DNA from: an uncultured Bacteroidales bacterium
GTDB lineage: Bacteria > Bacteroidota > Bacteroidia > Bacteroidales > VadinHA17
Assembly (NCBI GenBank): GCA_963701745.1
Contig: CAVPBE010000001.1
Location: 1,367,931 to 1,431,930 of the forward strand
DNA length: 64,000 nucleotides
Reading direction: 5' to 3'
Shown here: piece after piece, positions 61,042 through 64,000 of the stretch
How positions within the stretch are numbered: position 1 is the stretch's first letter
Layout: each line of letters opens with the position of its first letter
The notes under the pieces: generated by a model
What the model saw: only the letters and a program-made list of their open reading frames with translations
What the model was told of the DNA's origin: nothing
Databases searched by the model: none
Position numbers and translations under genes: made by a program

Positions 61042-63087
61042 ATGCAAACAGGAAAAATAGGAGTAACCACCGAAAACATATTTCCGATAATAAAAAAATT
61101 CCTCTATTCTGATCACGAGATCTTTCTGCGTGAACTTATTTCAAACGCCGTAGATGCAACACAGAAGCTTAAAGCCATGGCCTCTGCAGGCGATTTCAAA
61201 GGTGATTTGAGCAACCTTAGGATAAGGGTTTCCGTGGATAAAAAGAAGAAAACAATAACCGTCACTGATTCAGGAATCGGGATGACAGCTGATGAGATTG
61301 ACAAGTACCTTAACCAGATAGCATTTTCGAGTGCGAACGATTTTCTTGAAAAATATAAGGATCAGGTCAATTCGATGATCGGACATTTTGGTCTTGGTTT
61401 CTATTCCTCATTTATGGTGTCCGACAAAGTCGAAGTGATATCAAAGTCGTGGGATGAAACAGAACCGGCAGTAAAATGGACCTGCGACGGAAGCCCCGAA
61501 TATCATATTGAAGAGACTACCAGGGCTGGCAGGGGCACAGATGTGATCCTCTACATCGACAAGGAATCAAAGGATTTCCTTGAAGAAAATAAGGTGGAGG
61601 AGCTCCTGAAGAAATACTGCAAATTTCTTCCTGTTGAGATTGCCTTCGGCCAGGAGAAAGAGTGGAAAGACGGCAAATATGTTGAGACCGGGAAAGATAA
61701 GATCATAAACAATACGAAACCTGCATGGACCCTTAAGCCTGCTGATCTTAAAGATGAAGATTACCTTAAATTCTATAAGGAACTCTATCCCATAGGTGAC
61801 GAACCATTATTTAACATTCACCTTAATGTTGACTACCCATTTAAGCTCACCGGTATCCTGTATTTCCCAAAAATAAAATCAAATATTGAGATCCAGAAGA
61901 ATAAAATCCAGCTCTACTCCAACCAGGTATTCGTTACTGATTCTGTTGAAGGAATCGTTCCTGAATTCCTTACCCTTCTGCATGGAGTACTCGATTCACC
62001 CGATATACCGCTCAATGTCTCAAGAAGCTATTTGCAGAGCGATTCAAACGTAAAGAAGATATCGGCCCATATAACCAAGAAGGTCGCCGACAGGCTTAAC
62101 GATATATTCAAGAACAATCGTGAAGAGTTTGAGAAGAAATGGGATAACCTGAAACTTTTCATTGAGTACGGTATGATAACCGAGGAGAAATTCTATGAAA
62201 AAGCATCCAAATTTGCCCTGCTGAAAAACACTGATGACAAGTATTTTACATTTGAAGAATACGAAAAACTGATTAAAGAGAACCAGACAGATAAGAATAA
62301 AACACTTGTTTATCTTTATTCAACCAATAAAACCGATCAGTACACATATATTGAAAAGGCAAAAAGCAAGGGTTATGATGTACTCAACCTGGATGGTCAG
62401 CTTGACATCCACCTTATCAATCATCTGGAGACAAAACTTAAGGATTCACGATTTGTCAGGGTCGATTCTGATGTAATAGACAAACTTATTCACAAGGAGG
62501 ATCCCAGGGCATCTAAACTTTCACAGGTCCGGCAGGATGATCTAAAAAGCGTATTTAATGTTAGGGTGAAATCAAAAGAGATATACAACGCTGTTCCTGA
62601 GACTCTTGATGAAACTGATGCACCAGTGATAATTACCCAGTCAGAATTTATGCGGCGCATGAAAGAAATGTCACAGTTTGGAGGCGGAATGAATTTCTAT
62701 GGCGAATTGCCTGACAGCTTTAATCTTGTGGTCAATTTAAATCACCCCCTTATAGTGAAGATATCAGATGAACTGGAGGCTCAGGAAGGACCCAGACTTA
62801 AGGAAAACAATACAGAAAGGGAGAGGCTGAAAGATGAGATCTCCTTTATGGAGAAGGAACATAGCAAAAAGAAACCCGATGAAGTAAGCCAGTTCGAAAA
62901 GGATGATCTTGAAAAACTGCGCAAAGAACTCGAGACTATTGAATCGTCAAGGAAAGAGATACTGGAAGCCTACGGATCAGAGAATAAAATAGTAAAGCAG
63001 CTGGTCGACTTGGCATTGCTTGCAAACAATATGCTTAGGGGAGAAGATCTTAGTACTTTCGTGAAGAGAAGCGTGGAGTTGCTTTAG
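61042..63087 (+). CDS. htpG: Molecular chaperone Hsp90
   Basis: 681 aa. The N-terminal motifs IFLRELISNAVDA and DSGIGMT (GHKL ATPase) are typical of HtpG. Confidence 0.9.
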   Translation: MQTGKIGVTTENIFPIIKKFLYSDHEIFLRELISNAVDATQKLKAMASAGDFKGDLSNLRIRVSVDKKKKTITVTDSGIGMTADEIDKYLNQIAFSSANDFLEKYKDQVNSMIGHFGLGFYSSFMVSDKVEVISKSWDETEPAVKWTCDGSPEYHIEETTRAGRGTDVILYIDKESKDFLEENKVEELLKKYCKFLPVEIAFGQEKEWKDGKYVETGKDKIINNTKPAWTLKPADLKDEDYLKFYKELYPIGDEPLFNIHLNVDYPFKLTGILYFPKIKSNIEIQKNKIQLYSNQVFVTDSVEGIVPEFLTLLHGVLDSPDIPLNVSRSYLQSDSNVKKISAHITKKVADRLNDIFKNNREEFEKKWDNLKLFIEYGMITEEKFYEKASKFALLKNTDDKYFTFEEYEKLIKENQTDKNKTLVYLYSTNKTDQYTYIEKAKSKGYDVLNLDGQLDIHLINHLETKLKDSRFVRVDSDVIDKLIHKEDPRASKLSQVRQDDLKSVFNVRVKSKEIYNAVPETLDETDAPVIITQSEFMRRMKEMSQFGGGMNFYGELPDSFNLVVNLNHPLIVKISDELEAQEGPRLKENNTERERLKDEISFMEKEHSKKKPDEVSQFEKDDLEKLRKELETIESSRKEILEAYGSENKIVKQLVDLALLANNMLRGEDLSTFVKRSVELL

Positions 63088-63108
63088 CATACTTTCTGCG
63101 GATTGATG

Positions 63109-63219
63109 ACCCCCTCTGTCCCGCCGATGCGGGACATCTCCCCCAATAGGGGAGAAAATAAAAATCCACCTGGTGAATTGGGATTTTTTCCCCCCATCTG
63201 GGGGGAATTAAAAGGGGGT
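63109..63219. repeat. Multi-hairpin cassette: outer stem accccct/agggggt enclosing four hairpins
   Basis: Hairpins gtcccgccgatgcgggac, tctcccccaataggggaga, aatcca..tggatt and ttccccccatctggggggaa. Confidence 0.8.
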
Positions 63220-63227
63220 TTAGTATT

Positions 63228-63749
63228 TCAGATCATCCTTCCTACTTCGCCCTTAATGTAATCAATTGCAGCCCTAGTAGGCTCCTGGTCCAGTTCCATC
63301 ACTTTTGAGAGGATCTGCCTGCTCAATTCAATTCCGGGAGCATCTTCTTTAATCTTTTCAGCTTCGCTATTGATTATTTTAATTGTGTTTGAACGAGCAT
63401 TCCTGACTACCTCCCAGGCCTGGGGACTCATATATATCTGCTGTGAAAGGTTGTGCTCAAATTCGCTCCTGATTGTAGCTGTCAATGCAGACTGAAGCTG
63501 TGTTGCGGTCATGTCGGAGGTGCTGACTCTGATCAGCAGCGATTCGAGAGATATTCTTTCAAGGAAAAGTACTATCCTTTCATATGCCTGGAGCTTGATG
63601 GGCATAACTGTCCTGGTTCCCTGAAGAACAATTTCCTGCCTTCTTTTCTCCTGATCGTTCCTGATCATATTTCTTAAAAGTATCCAGGATGTGAAAAATA
63701 CCAACAGTGCAGGAACAACGATTTTAATTATATCAAGAAGATATTCCAT
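63228..63749 (-). CDS. Hypothetical protein with N-terminal TM helix
   Basis: 173-aa ORF with a hydrophobic N-terminus (IIKIVVPALLVFFTSWILL). No family recognised. Confidence 0.5.
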   Translation of the reverse strand: MEYLLDIIKIVVPALLVFFTSWILLRNMIRNDQEKRRQEIVLQGTRTVMPIKLQAYERIVLFLERISLESLLIRVSTSDMTATQLQSALTATIRSEFEHNLSQQIYMSPQAWEVVRNARSNTIKIINSEAEKIKEDAPGIELSRQILSKVMELDQEPTRAAIDYIKGEVGRMI

Positions 63750-63816
63750 GGTAATTCAGATTATATTGCAAACGTAAGATATTTTCCAGTAAAATATTTA
63801 ACTGTAAACTTGTTTT

Positions 63817-63896
63817 CCCGCAGATTTCGCTGATTTTCGCAGATCATTGCAAATACTGTTTATGAATCTGCGTTAATTTGCGGGATCAGCGGGAAA
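63817..63896. repeat. Phased-heptamer hairpin element, CGCAGAT word
   Basis: The left arm is cccgcagatttcgctgattttcgcagatcattgcaaat. The right arm is gaatctgcgttaatttgcgggatcagcgggaaa. A two-unit half copy (gcagattttcgcagatttt) lies at about 9987-10005. Confidence 0.8.
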
Positions 63897-64000
63897 TTTT
63901 CTTTTTGTTTTTGGTTTTTACTTTATACATTTGATTCCAGCCTTATTAAATATTTTTACTTCATAATTATTTATCATGGAATACTTGTCAGACAGAATTA

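Noticed and set aside
63976-64000. A possible start of a further gene (ATG GAA TAC TTG TCA GAC AGA ATT) at the right edge.
   Set aside because: Only 8 codons are visible, which is too short to support a call.

Overview
This is a moderately AT-rich chromosomal segment that looks like Bacteroidota. The evidence is two proteins with T9SS C-terminal sorting domains, TAnnTTTG-type promoter boxes, and many lipoprotein or TAT-signal exported enzymes. I found no rRNA, CRISPR array, transposase or integrase.

Gene content, left to right:
- 0.5-21.9 kb is a glycan/peptide-degradation neighbourhood: two GH2 beta-galactosidase-like enzymes, two tandem CotH-family paralogs, M1 and M16 peptidases, a DUF5107/TPR protein and an AGE-family protein. 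There is no SusC/SusD pair.
- 21.9-33.8 kb is mixed: a leaderless S8 subtilase with a small membrane protein, an HTH plus membrane-protein pair, a double thioredoxin-fold protein, TAT-exported TIM-barrel proteins and a UvrD-like helicase.
- 33.8-37.5 kb is a three-gene cluster of beta-barrel protein, lipoprotein and radical SAM enzyme.
- 39.8-50.2 kb is a compact myo-inositol utilisation locus: PI-PLC-like enzyme, SSF transporter, transaldolase-family protein, iolB, a frameshifted iolD, iolA, an iolE-like gene and iolG. No iolC or iolJ lies in the window.
- The remainder holds a secreted ankyrin protein, an FAD oxidoreductase, a DUF4145-TM-TPR protein, tRNA-Ser(UGA), HU, a LytTR response regulator, an aminotransferase and HtpG.

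Three genes are decayed: an FGE remnant, a Gfo/Idh/MocA gene, and iolD.

The most unusual directly visible signals are two superfamilies of intergenic structured repeats. One is a phased-heptamer hairpin whose repeated word varies with compensatory changes on the opposite arm. The other is a multi-hairpin cassette closed by an outer stem.

The best candidates for undescribed biology are the iol locus with a transaldolase-fold gene where the kinase/aldolase steps would be, and the radical SAM cluster. All functional calls come from motif recognition by eye; no database search was run.
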